From the IMG/VR virus record IMGVR_UViG_3300030012_001141, positions 1 to 60,104 of that record: a stretch of 60,104 nucleotides of DNA. One strand, given 5' to 3'. This document shows, one piece after another, positions 1 through 9,393 of this stretch. This DNA comes from a virus (Duplodnaviria; Caudoviricetes). The notes beneath the pieces are model-generated. The model saw only the letters and a program-made list of their open reading frames with translations, was not told the origin of the DNA and made no database searches. The stretch's first letter is position 1, and each line of letters begins with the position of its first letter. A program made the translations under genes and the position numbers.

Positions 1-101
1 AAAAGAGTTGCTCCTCATTCTGACTTCGGAGTGGGAGGTGTCGATAGCTATGATCTTGACGCTACAGTAGATGGTAGAGGATCTAAAGGAGCTTTGCACT
101 T
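1..101 (+). repeat. Terminal direct repeat, left copy (assembly circularisation overlap)
   Basis: Identical to 60004-60104 except position 99 (C) versus 60102 (T). Confidence 0.95.
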
Positions 102-633
102 ATACAACAAGTTTCATATGGAGCACCCATCAAATATGTTTGTTGTAGAGTATGCAGCTAGACCTCCTCTTGCTAAAATATTCTATGAAGATGTTTTAAT
201 GGCTGCTGTGTTTTATGGATATCCTATCTTAATTGAAAACAATAAGTACGGTATAGCAAGATACTTTGAATCAAGAGGTTATGATGGATATCTAATGGAT
301 AGACCACAGCATTTAATTAGCGCTAGTGGTATGAAATCTAAAACAAAAGGAATACCATCAAATTCTCAAGATGTAATACAAGCTCACGCTCATGCTATTG
401 AGGCTTATATACATGATCATGTAGGTGTAAACAGAGAGAGTGGCGAAATGGGGAAGATGTATTTTAATAAAACTTTAGAAGATTGGATAGGTTATAAAAT
501 AGACAATAGAACAAAGTTTGACCTTACAATTAGTTCTGGTTTAGCTCTTCTTGCATCGCAAAAAAGTAAAGTTAAAAAGAAAAGTAACTTCAATGATAAA
601 CAGTTTTTTAGGAGATATCAAGTAATCGGATGA
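1..633 (+). CDS. terL: Terminase large subunit, C-terminal nuclease part (continues from 58522 across the join)
   Basis: Frame open from base 1 (KRVAPHSDFGVGGVDSYD); acidic RNase H-like motifs GVDSYD, ILIENNK, FDLTISSGLA; directly upstream of portal. Confidence 0.9.
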   Translation, partial: KRVAPHSDFGVGGVDSYDLDATVDGRGSKGALHLYNKFHMEHPSNMFVVEYAARPPLAKIFYEDVLMAAVFYGYPILIENNKYGIARYFESRGYDGYLMDRPQHLISASGMKSKTKGIPSNSQDVIQAHAHAIEAYIHDHVGVNRESGEMGKMYFNKTLEDWIGYKIDNRTKFDLTISSGLALLASQKSKVKKKSNFNDKQFFRRYQVIG

Positions 634-638
634 TTTAC

Positions 639-646
639 TATATTTG
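639..646 (+). promoter_or_regulatory. Bacteroidota-type -7 promoter element upstream of portal
   Basis: TATATTTG matches TAnnTTTG in the intergenic gap. Confidence 0.65.
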
Positions 647-672
647 CTAAATAGAAATGCCGTATCTTAAGG

Positions 673-3111
673 ATGTACAATAATAATCAAAAAAGTAAGC
701 ATGGATTCCCTGATCCACTACAACCCACAGAGGTTAAGGAGAGCAAGCAGTATGGCATCCAATATGCAAAAGCAATTGAAGCCCAATGGGGTAAAACTAC
801 AGATGACTCATCTTTAGTTGGTAAAAGAAATAGAATCTTTGAAAAAGATAGAGATTATGCTACTGGTGTTCAAGACACTAGTATTTACAAACAGCTGTTA
901 AATTCTCTTCAACCTAATAAAGGTGATGGTAGTCTTTTAAACATAGACTACACTCCAGTTCCTATTTTACCTAAATTTGTTAGAATAGCTGTAAACAAGA
1001 TTTTATCTATTAATCCTTATCCTAATTTAGAGGCTATAGATCCTCTATCTTCTTCTGAAAAAAATCAACAGAAGAAAAAGATATTAAAGCAAGTAGCGGC
1101 AAAACCAAAACTAAAAGAACTGAAGGATAAGACAGGTATTGTTTTAGATCAAGATCCAGATCAGTTGCCAGATACTCCAGAAGAAGCTGAGATTCTTTTT
1201 GATACAAACATTAAGACTGATGGTGAAATATCAGCTCAGCTAGGCACAGAGCTTACTTTAAAATGGAATAACTTTGTAGACAATACATTTCGTAGATGTG
1301 TTAATGATTTAGCAACTATAGGTATGTCTGTAGTTAAGAGATCTAATGATCCTAATGAAGGCATTAAAGTATCATACATTGATCCATGTACATTTATACA
1401 TAGCAAGACAGAAGACCCTAATTTTGAGGATTTAATATATGCTGGACACATAAAAAAAATATCTATTCAAGAATTAAAAAGACTAGCATCAGACGAGTTA
1501 ACAGAAGAGGATTTTCAAGAGATAGCAAAAAAATCTAGAGGGAAAAATGGAAACGACTCTAACAAGTATGATAAAAGATATTATAACGATAGGTTAGGTA
1601 GAACATCATATGGCTATGATGATTATATGGTTCATGTTTTAGACTTTGAGTTTATGTCTGTAGACTGCATGAATTTTGAAGAAAAAGAAAATCAGTTTGG
1701 TAATACAGGTTTTTATTATAAAGGATTTAATTACAAACAACCAAAAAATAGTGTGTTTGAACGTAAACCACATAAAATGGAAATATCTACTGTATATGGT
1801 GGTAGCTATGTTTTAGGATGTGAATACCTTTATAATTATGGTAGATCTAAAAACATACCTAAAAATATACATGATATAAGTAAGGCTAGGCTTTCATACT
1901 CTGTTACGGCAACGAATATTAGAAATATGATGCCTAAATCTATGGTTGATAGCTGTATTGGTTTTGCAGATATGCTTCAGTTAACTCATTTGAAGATACA
2001 GCAAGCTATTGCTAAGGCTAAGCCAGATGGGTTGATCATTGATATTGAGGGGCTTGAGAATGTACAGCTAGGTAAGGGTGGTGAATTACAACCATTAGAT
2101 CTTCACGATATTTACGAACAGACGGGTGTGTTTTATTACAGAAGTAAAAATGCAGAAGGTGGTTTTCAAAATCCTCCAGTTCGTGAGATTGGTAATAGCA
2201 TAAGAAATATTAACGAGCTTATTGGTTTATATAACCACTACTTAAGGCTTATTAGAGATACTACAGGTATTAATGAAGCAATGGATGCCTCTTCACCAAA
2301 AGGTGATGCTTTAGTTGGTGTTCAACAACAAGCTATTGCAGCTGGTAATAATGCAATTTACGATATCACAAATGCTTCTATGATATTATTTAAGCAGGTT
2401 TGTGAGGATGTCGTTAAATGCCTTCAGATTATACCTTCTGAATCAGTATTATATAAAGTGTACGAAAACGCTATTGGTGAAACTAATATGGATGCTTTAA
2501 CATCTTTTAGCGATTTACCAATGTATAATTTTGGTGTTGTTGTAATTAAGGACATGGATGATAAAGATAAAATATATCTTGAACAAAATATCCAAATGGC
2601 TTTACAACAACAGGAGATAGATCTTGAAGATGCTATAGCTATAAGACAGTTAAAGGATGTTAGTCAAGCTGAGCGTTTATTAATAGTTAGAAGGAAAAAA
2701 AGAATGGCTGCTAGACAGCAAATGGCTATGCAGAACTCAGAGCAACAAGCTCAAATGCAAGCTCAAGTAGCTCAACAATCTCAACAAGCTAAAATGGCAG
2801 AGATGCAGGCTTTAGCTCAGATAGATGCTCAAAAGATGCAAATGCAGGCTGAAATTGATATGAAGATGGAGCAGATGAGACATCAGTTTAAGAGAGAGAT
2901 AGAGATGATTAAAGCTCAAGCTACTCTTGGGTTTAAAACTGATGATCAAGAATTTAAGGAGAAAATTGAAATCCTTAAAGAAAATAGAAAAGATGATAGA
3001 TTAGAGCAACAGACTGCTGATCAAAGTAAACTTATATCTCAACGTCAAGGCAAGAGAAATGAGTTGCCAGATAGCTCAAATAAAATGCTCAATACAATAC
3101 TTAACGAATAA
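673..3111 (+). CDS. Portal protein
   Basis: 812 aa after TerL; PVPILPKFV and RDTTGINEAMD motifs of crAss-like/Flavobacteria phage portals; Q/M-rich C-terminal coiled coil. Confidence 0.85.
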   Translation: MYNNNQKSKHGFPDPLQPTEVKESKQYGIQYAKAIEAQWGKTTDDSSLVGKRNRIFEKDRDYATGVQDTSIYKQLLNSLQPNKGDGSLLNIDYTPVPILPKFVRIAVNKILSINPYPNLEAIDPLSSSEKNQQKKKILKQVAAKPKLKELKDKTGIVLDQDPDQLPDTPEEAEILFDTNIKTDGEISAQLGTELTLKWNNFVDNTFRRCVNDLATIGMSVVKRSNDPNEGIKVSYIDPCTFIHSKTEDPNFEDLIYAGHIKKISIQELKRLASDELTEEDFQEIAKKSRGKNGNDSNKYDKRYYNDRLGRTSYGYDDYMVHVLDFEFMSVDCMNFEEKENQFGNTGFYYKGFNYKQPKNSVFERKPHKMEISTVYGGSYVLGCEYLYNYGRSKNIPKNIHDISKARLSYSVTATNIRNMMPKSMVDSCIGFADMLQLTHLKIQQAIAKAKPDGLIIDIEGLENVQLGKGGELQPLDLHDIYEQTGVFYYRSKNAEGGFQNPPVREIGNSIRNINELIGLYNHYLRLIRDTTGINEAMDASSPKGDALVGVQQQAIAAGNNAIYDITNASMILFKQVCEDVVKCLQIIPSESVLYKVYENAIGETNMDALTSFSDLPMYNFGVVVIKDMDDKDKIYLEQNIQMALQQQEIDLEDAIAIRQLKDVSQAERLLIVRRKKRMAARQQMAMQNSEQQAQMQAQVAQQSQQAKMAEMQALAQIDAQKMQMQAEIDMKMEQMRHQFKREIEMIKAQATLGFKTDDQEFKEKIEILKENRKDDRLEQQTADQSKLISQRQGKRNELPDSSNKMLNTILNE

Positions 3112-3584
3112 TGGCTAGTTCAGTAAATTTAGATACTTCAGAGACTTTAAATATCACTTGTAGAAAAGGTGATACATTTTCACTTACCCTAACTTTAAAA
3201 AATTCTTCAGGCACTGCTTTAACTTTATCTACTAGCAACTATGAATTTTTAATGCAGGTTAAATCAGAAAAATTTGATAGAAGAACAAAGACTACATCTT
3301 CAGATTTAGTTATAGGAACTGCTAGTGTAGCTAAGAAAAATCAAGGAAGAGCTAAGGAGCAATCTAATATCAATTCAGGTGTTAATTTTGAAATACCAAC
3401 TGTTGACGATAGTGGTAATGTTACGATTGAAGCCTCTGCTGCAACAATGTCTCAAGTTCCTTCTGGATCTTACAGATATGATTTACAGTACATTTTGCCT
3501 AATGCAACTGGATTGGATACTCATAGAACAATATTAAAAGGCAAGTTTGTTGTAAATGCAGATGTTGCAGAAGCTTTTGAATAA
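3111..3584 (+). CDS. Virion structural protein, BppU-N-like Ig fold
   Basis: LNITCRKGDTFSLTLTL...YRYDLQ...ILKGKFVV pattern; TAATG coupling to portal. Confidence 0.55.
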   Translation: MASSVNLDTSETLNITCRKGDTFSLTLTLKNSSGTALTLSTSNYEFLMQVKSEKFDRRTKTTSSDLVIGTASVAKKNQGRAKEQSNINSGVNFEIPTVDDSGNVTIEASAATMSQVPSGSYRYDLQYILPNATGLDTHRTILKGKFVVNADVAEAFE

Positions 3585-3586
3585 AA

Positions 3587-3724
3587 ATGAGCATTGTAGT
3601 AAATAAAGTGTCAGATACAGTCTCTTTTAATGCTCCAAGCAAAGAGACGATAACTTTTGTTAATCCTGATAAAATTCAAATAACTAATTCTACACCTTCA
3701 ATTATAACTATTACTGTAATATGA
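3587..3724 (+). CDS. Small hypothetical protein (45 aa, not in ORF track)
   Basis: MSIVVNKVSDTVSF...ITVI fills the gap exactly; ATGA overlap with next gene. Confidence 0.55.
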   Translation: MSIVVNKVSDTVSFNAPSKETITFVNPDKIQITNSTPSIITITVI

Positions 3725-6198
3725 AAAATTTATTGCTACTATTGTTTTTATTTCCGACGTATTTATTTGCTCAACCAGGTAACGACAGTATACCGCCTCT
3801 TTGTTCTGGTGTTGAAAATCTACAAGGTCAGATTGATTGCTTCCCTTTTGCACCAAATCAAGGTCAATTACAGGTTATGTGGACTGTGCCTGAGCCTGGA
3901 TGTAATCCAGTTGGATTCTATAGGGGTGACGACTTAGATAATCTACAGTTTGTACCATACGGTCAGTGGTTTGACGGTAGTTTTTATGGTGGTGTCCCGT
4001 CCTCACCTGTGTCAAATGATGAATACTATTTTATAGTAGAGTCTCCTGGTGAAGTTATGGATACACTAATTGTTGAAAACCCTAACTGCGGTATTGGGTG
4101 TTTAGATTCTTTAGCAACAAACTATAATCCTTTTGCTGGTATAGAGAGTGAATTTGGAGAGTCTTGTCAGTATGGTGAGGTATCAGAATGCGGTAATATA
4201 TTTACCCAAAAAGTCTATGTAAGTATTACTGCAGATACATATTCTCAATGGGAAACAAGTTGGGAGATAGTTACAACAGACAGCATACCAGTAGTTCTTG
4301 CTAGCGAAGATATAGGTTTTTATCAGACAGAAGGACTTACTGTAACAACAGAATACTGCATACCGCTTGGTGTAGAGTTTACATTTAATATATACGATAC
4401 GTTTGGAGATGGACTTGCAGGTTCTACAACAGGTGGATTTACAGATGGAGATGTACTTGTATATACGGAATGTGGTAACACAATATATAGCATACTACCA
4501 TTTGAAGGGCAAAATCCTGACTACGGATATGAAGCTATTAGTGCACCTAACTTGCTAAATCCATGCCCCCCAGAAAACCCACCGTTTGGATGCTTAGATC
4601 CAAACTACTTAGAGTTCAACTCTCTTGCTACAAACAACGATTCTAATCTATGCGTAACTCCTGTCATTCCAGGATGTCTTAATGAAAACGCATTTAATTA
4701 CGATCCAGAAGCAAATATCATGGATTACATCCCTGAGTGTGAGTACACCCTTATGTTATTTGATGGAGGCGGAGACGGCTGGGATGGATCTTATCTAGGA
4801 GTTGTTCAGGATGGAGAACCTATTGGTGCATTCACCTGTACAGAAGAACAAGCCTTCTATGATATAACAGTAAATTCTCAAACACACGTTGAGTTTAAGT
4901 TTTACGAAGTTGAGTTTGGTAGCTTCTTTGGTGAGGGTGGTACAAGCACTGATGTATCGCAATGTGGATTTAAACTAATAAGCCCTAATGGTAACATAGT
5001 ATTTGAAAAGGGAACTAATCCTTGGTTAGATCCTATAGATCCTGACGAAGTATATACACCTTACTTAAGATGCGGTAACTACTGCGAGCCTTACACATAC
5101 GGATGTACAGACGAAGCTGCACAGAACTATGACTCTGCTGTTAATACAGAGGATGGTAGTTGTTACTACCAAGCTGGCTGTGCACAAGCTGGTTACTTAG
5201 AGTATTACACTCAGGGTTATGAAGCTGACTATGATGACGGTAGCTGTGAAACAATAGCTGTTTTTGGCTGTATGGATGAGGATGCCTTTAACTACAACGA
5301 AGAAGCAAATGTTGACAACGAGGGTTGTGTGCCTGTGGTGCTAGGGTGTATGAATCCTTTAGCATATAATTACTTACCATCTGCAAACGTCGATGACGAT
5401 AGCTGCATACCTTACATATATGGTTGCATGGATCCATTAGCTTATAATTATGATCCTAATGCAAATATAGATGACGGAGAATGTGAGCCATTTATATATG
5501 GGTGCACTGACAATACTATGTTTAATTATAACCCTGCAGCAAATGCCGAATACGACCCTACTAATTGTGAGCCTTATATCTATGGTTGCACCGATCCTAG
5601 TATGCTTAACTATAACTCATCCGCTAACACAGAAGATTTTAGCTGTATTCCTTACATTTATGGTTGTACTGATCCTACTGCCCTTAATTATGATGAACTG
5701 GCTAATACAGACAACGGCTCGTGTATTGAAGTTTTAGTTGATTGTATGGATCCTGATGCATTTAATTATAATGAGTTAGCTAATACCTCTGATGAAGAAG
5801 CTTGCTTGTATGATGCAGAATGTATAGGGGGTCCTGGAGAACCTTACTGGCTAAACGATGGGTGCTATGCATGGATTATAGACATTGACCCATACTGCTG
5901 TGAGGTTGCATGGGATGAAACGTGCGTAGATCTTTACTCGTACTGCGAGCAAGGGTGGCCGCAAGGGGTGATAGAAACAACAAGAGATATAAATGTATAT
6001 CCTAACCCAACAAACGATTTACTAAACATACAGGCTCCATCTGAGGCGATTACAAGCGTATACAACGCATTTGGACAGATTGTAATAGAGGGGGTTATGG
6101 ATAAAGTTATAGACCTCTCAGAGCTCTCTAATGGCGTATATCAGGTTGTTATTCAATATAACGGAAGAAATATAATTAAAAAAATAATTAAATCATGA
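3721..6198 (+). CDS. Secreted Cys/Asp-rich repeat protein with T9SS type A C-terminal sorting domain
   Basis: Signal peptide ending LFA-Q; about 12 GCxDxxAxNY...C repeats; C-terminus INVYPNPTNDLLNI...IDLSELSNGVYQV...KKIIKS. Confidence 0.85.
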   Translation: MKNLLLLLFLFPTYLFAQPGNDSIPPLCSGVENLQGQIDCFPFAPNQGQLQVMWTVPEPGCNPVGFYRGDDLDNLQFVPYGQWFDGSFYGGVPSSPVSNDEYYFIVESPGEVMDTLIVENPNCGIGCLDSLATNYNPFAGIESEFGESCQYGEVSECGNIFTQKVYVSITADTYSQWETSWEIVTTDSIPVVLASEDIGFYQTEGLTVTTEYCIPLGVEFTFNIYDTFGDGLAGSTTGGFTDGDVLVYTECGNTIYSILPFEGQNPDYGYEAISAPNLLNPCPPENPPFGCLDPNYLEFNSLATNNDSNLCVTPVIPGCLNENAFNYDPEANIMDYIPECEYTLMLFDGGGDGWDGSYLGVVQDGEPIGAFTCTEEQAFYDITVNSQTHVEFKFYEVEFGSFFGEGGTSTDVSQCGFKLISPNGNIVFEKGTNPWLDPIDPDEVYTPYLRCGNYCEPYTYGCTDEAAQNYDSAVNTEDGSCYYQAGCAQAGYLEYYTQGYEADYDDGSCETIAVFGCMDEDAFNYNEEANVDNEGCVPVVLGCMNPLAYNYLPSANVDDDSCIPYIYGCMDPLAYNYDPNANIDDGECEPFIYGCTDNTMFNYNPAANAEYDPTNCEPYIYGCTDPSMLNYNSSANTEDFSCIPYIYGCTDPTALNYDELANTDNGSCIEVLVDCMDPDAFNYNELANTSDEEACLYDAECIGGPGEPYWLNDGCYAWIIDIDPYCCEVAWDETCVDLYSYCEQGWPQGVIETTRDINVYPNPTNDLLNIQAPSEAITSVYNAFGQIVIEGVMDKVIDLSELSNGVYQVVIQYNGRNIIKKIIKS

Positions 6199-6395
6199 GT
6201 TACAAAACAAACAAAACAACAAAAAAGCGTATTGATAAGCTTTTAACAAAGAATGCAGAATACCAAGCTGCTAATGTCTGTATAACAAACAGTAAAACTA
6301 AGAGGCAAGAAATCAATAGGTATTGTCGTGTTAACTTTATCAATCCCATTAAGGATATAGATTTAGAATTTTATAATCGTATAATTTTAGCGTAA
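6195..6395 (+). CDS. Hypothetical protein
   Basis: 66 aa, overlap-coupled on both sides. Confidence 0.6.
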   Translation: MSYKTNKTTKKRIDKLLTKNAEYQAANVCITNSKTKRQEINRYCRVNFINPIKDIDLEFYNRIILA

Positions 6396-6577
6396 TGAAA
6401 GTAAATTGGGTAAACAGCTGGAATGCTGGGAATAAAAAAGAAAAGTATGAGATTAATTTAAGAATAGGCACAGTTACCGTTCTTGAGATTTCATTCTGTC
6501 CATGTCCTACTTGCAAGACAAAAGGACACTGTAGTAAATTTAGATTTATGATATTAAATTTTGGTTTTGAATTGTAA
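6395..6577 (+). CDS. Small protein with Cys cluster (CPCPTC...HC)
   Basis: 60 aa, TAATG coupling on both sides. Confidence 0.6.
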   Translation: MKVNWVNSWNAGNKKEKYEINLRIGTVTVLEISFCPCPTCKTKGHCSKFRFMILNFGFEL

Positions 6578-7674
6578 TGGATCCAGAAGCAAACGATATT
6601 AGAAATAAAGTAAGGCGATTTGAGTTTATTCTGTATTGCTTTATAATGCTTGTAGTATTTATACTTGGCTCGACTTTAGATGCAAAAGGTCAAACATTAA
6701 AGAAAACATTTAAGTACGCTACATTCTATACTGCATTTAGCGGTGGTAATTCTGTAGCTGACGATAACATCTATTCTGTTACAAACGGATTACAGACCGA
6801 TGTTGTTGAAACGCCATTCGACTATTCTATAACTGCTGGTGTTCGTAAGATTGCTAGGTTTGGATATGAGAACAGGGCTAATGTTTTTTACGACGGTACA
6901 GAAAAGTCGTATAGTGATGCTGCAAATATTGGTAAAGTAAAAGGATTTGAGTTCTTGTTTGAAGCTGACTGGCGTAGACAGCAGGGTAGAAACTTTCTTG
7001 ATCAAGACTACTTTTTACGCTATGTCGCTAAAAACTGGATAGCAAAAGCAGAGTATCTACAAGATGGCTTTGCTGATGTAGAGTATTTTGAAGGGTCAGA
7101 AAGATTTAGACTTAACGTAAATGATCGCCTTAGTTTTAATATTGGTATGGTTCAACGTATATCAGAACCTTATGGATACAATCCTCTAGAAGAGTGGTTG
7201 CTTTCAAATAATAATATACACTACACAAGTCTTGCTTTACAAGAAGGTTATACTGTCGATGTACAGGGTGGTGAATATTTCTCTCCTGACGGAACTCTTG
7301 TAGCAAACAGTGTTGACGTGTGGGAGCAAGTTATTATACCTCAAGTCATTGAAGATTATGTAGCTAAAAAAAGAAGTGAATTACCAAGCGTGTGGAATTA
7401 TTCTTTAGTAGTTGGATATGATTACTACAAGTATTCTAAAGAGTTTTGGTTGCATAGCTGGGCTAGTGTGATGCCTTATCACCTTAAAACTAACGATGAG
7501 TTTTCATACTTTGAAACTACCGAAGGGGGGCAGTGGATAGATTACGGTGCAGGCCTTATCTTTGGGTGGAGATTAAATAAGAGTCTTGGTGTATTCTTAG
7601 AAGGTAAATACAATAAGTATTGGAATCGAGAATGGCACGATTTCTCTGTTGGATTGAATTATGTAATACTATAA
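6577..7674 (+). CDS. Exported protein, probable outer-membrane beta-barrel
   Basis: Hydrophobic signal ending AKG-Q; alternating aromatic beta strands; C-terminal FSVGLNYVIL. Confidence 0.6.
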   Translation: MDPEANDIRNKVRRFEFILYCFIMLVVFILGSTLDAKGQTLKKTFKYATFYTAFSGGNSVADDNIYSVTNGLQTDVVETPFDYSITAGVRKIARFGYENRANVFYDGTEKSYSDAANIGKVKGFEFLFEADWRRQQGRNFLDQDYFLRYVAKNWIAKAEYLQDGFADVEYFEGSERFRLNVNDRLSFNIGMVQRISEPYGYNPLEEWLLSNNNIHYTSLALQEGYTVDVQGGEYFSPDGTLVANSVDVWEQVIIPQVIEDYVAKKRSELPSVWNYSLVVGYDYYKYSKEFWLHSWASVMPYHLKTNDEFSYFETTEGGQWIDYGAGLIFGWRLNKSLGVFLEGKYNKYWNREWHDFSVGLNYVIL

Positions 7675-7676
7675 AA

Positions 7677-7940
7677 GTGGCTAAAGTTTTAAAAAAAAGA
7701 AAAAGAAAAAATAAGAAGGATGATTCGACTCCTGTAGACTTTAACGTACCAACATTTTCTGAATCTTCATTTGATAGGGAAAGAGCAAAGAAAAAGGTAA
7801 GATCGCAGCTTGAAGCATTAATGGCTGGGCCTGATGGTATCTCTTTATCCGATGTTAATGCAGCGTATGATAGAGGTAAACTAACTATGAACCCAAACAC
7901 AGGACAATATACATTTTCAACTAATGTTTATTCAGAATAA
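7677..7940 (+). CDS. Hypothetical protein with basic N-terminus
   Basis: Part of track ORF 7620-7940; GTG at 7677 avoids overlap with upstream gene. Confidence 0.5.
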   Translation: MAKVLKKRKRKNKKDDSTPVDFNVPTFSESSFDRERAKKKVRSQLEALMAGPDGISLSDVNAAYDRGKLTMNPNTGQYTFSTNVYSE

Positions 7941-7952
7941 AAAAAAATAACA

Positions 7953-8237
7953 ATGGCTAAACAAATTGGAGAAGATACTAAAGTAACACTAGACCTAAAA
8001 ACAATAGGTATGGGTGCAGCAGGGTTAGCAGCTCTTATTGGGATGTGGTTTGCTCTTCAAGCAGACATAGCTTTAGCTAAAGAACTTCCTGAGCCATTAC
8101 CTGCAGAAGTTACTCGTATGGAGTTTGATATGAAAGATCAACTGATCCGTCAAACGATTATGACAACTCAAGAAGATGTATCAGAGCTGAAAGAAGACTT
8201 AGATCGCATTGAAGAAAAAATAGATAAACTACAATGA
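7953..8237 (+). CDS. Single-pass membrane protein with C-terminal coiled coil
   Basis: IGMGAAGLAALIGMWFAL hydrophobic segment; heptad tail VSELKEDLDRIEEKIDKL. Confidence 0.7.
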   Translation: MAKQIGEDTKVTLDLKTIGMGAAGLAALIGMWFALQADIALAKELPEPLPAEVTRMEFDMKDQLIRQTIMTTQEDVSELKEDLDRIEEKIDKLQ

Positions 8238-8572
8238 AGAATTTAATCTACATATGTTTGTTTGCAATGACATCTCTTGGTATGACTATACCAGATTCAG
8301 GGGTGTGTGTTGTTGAGTTTAACGCAAGTTTTAACGCAGCGAACAGTGTAGATTGGATTGATAACTTAAGCGATTGTAAAGGCAAGAGGGTGGACATTGT
8401 TGCTAGCCCTGATTTACAGAAAGAACACAAGATTGTGGTAGTGCCTACTGTTATCATATTTAACGACGGAGAGGAAGTAGAAAGATTTCAAGCGAACATT
8501 ATGATGCAACTTGAAGCTACACAAGATGATGTACAGGAAGCTATTGATGAAATTATAATGAGCGACTTTTAA
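8234..8572 (+). CDS. Exported thioredoxin-fold protein lacking CxxC
   Basis: Signal-like N-terminus; VVEFNASFN in place of the WCxxC loop; HKIVVVPTVIIFNDGEEVERF cis-Pro motif. Confidence 0.7.
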   Translation: MKNLIYICLFAMTSLGMTIPDSGVCVVEFNASFNAANSVDWIDNLSDCKGKRVDIVASPDLQKEHKIVVVPTVIIFNDGEEVERFQANIMMQLEATQDDVQEAIDEIIMSDF

Positions 8573-8925
8573 TGAAAGCCTGTAAGTGTCCACATAGCGA
8601 AGACAAGCCTAAATACAAGAAGGGCGGTAAGACTAGAAAGGCTAGAATGCCTAAAAAGTTCTCTGTAAAGAGTGGAGATAAGTCCGCTTCAGGAGGTTTA
8701 ACCGCTAAAGGTGTTAGACGTTATCGTGCTGCCAATCCAGGTAGCAAACTAAAGACCGCTGTAACAACAAAACCTTCTAAACTAAAAAAGGGTAGTAAGG
8801 CTGCAAAACGTAGAAAGTCTTTCTGTGCAAGAATGAAAGGCATGAAAAAAAGATTAACCAGCGCTAAAACAGCTAGAGATCCAAACTCTAGAATCAATAA
8901 GGCGTTAAGAAAATGGAACTGTTGA
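8572..8925 (+). CDS. Small highly basic conserved phage protein
   Basis: GGLTAKG...RRKSFCARMKG...DPNSRINKALRKWNC, a pattern I recall from marine phages. Confidence 0.75.
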   Translation: MKACKCPHSEDKPKYKKGGKTRKARMPKKFSVKSGDKSASGGLTAKGVRRYRAANPGSKLKTAVTTKPSKLKKGSKAAKRRKSFCARMKGMKKRLTSAKTARDPNSRINKALRKWNC

Positions 8926-8926
8926 T

Positions 8927-9118
8927 ATGAAAGTAAACAAGTATAAAAAAGGTGGTAAGTTTTCTATATTAAACAAAAGTATGTCTATTGATCCACCAAA
9001 AGGTTATCACTGGATGGAGGAGTCTGGTAGATATTACTTAATGAAAGGAGATTATAAACCACATCCTGGTGCTGTAGCTAAAGCTAAGTTTAAGATGGCA
9101 GATCACCCTAAGAAATAA
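8927..9118 (+). CDS. Small basic protein
   Basis: 63 aa; KYKKGGK; PPKGYHWM. Confidence 0.7.
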   Translation: MKVNKYKKGGKFSILNKSMSIDPPKGYHWMEESGRYYLMKGDYKPHPGAVAKAKFKMADHPKK

Positions 9119-9393
9119 TGGCAAAATCAGCAGCACAACAAGCAGCAATAGCTATTTCTATGAAGAAGGCTGGTAAAAAGCCTAAAGAGATGAAAAAGGG
9201 TGGTAAAATGAATTTTAACCCAAAGTATACTCGTGGAAGTTCTAATGTAGAAAAACGTAAAAAGCTAATGACTCAGATTAGCAACATATACAAAAAGTAT
9301 AGAGGGACTAAAGCAAAACGTAAAAAGAAGGGGTTTCCCCCTGCTGTAGCAGCAAGATTAAAAAAATTAATGGCACAAAGAGATAAGATATGA
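9118..9393 (+). CDS. Small highly basic protein
   Basis: 91 aa; AQQAAIAISMKK, MKKGGK. Confidence 0.7.
   Translation: MAKSAAQQAAIAISMKKAGKKPKEMKKGGKMNFNPKYTRGSSNVEKRKKLMTQISNIYKKYRGTKAKRKKKGFPPAVAARLKKLMAQRDKI

Noticed and set aside
1-101. Terminal repeat as a biological direct terminal repeat
   Set aside because: It falls in the middle of terL and its length fits an assembly overlap
5100-5810. Diversity-generating retroelement template/variable repeats
   Set aside because: The repeats are degenerate protein-level Cys repeats, and no reverse transcriptase is encoded
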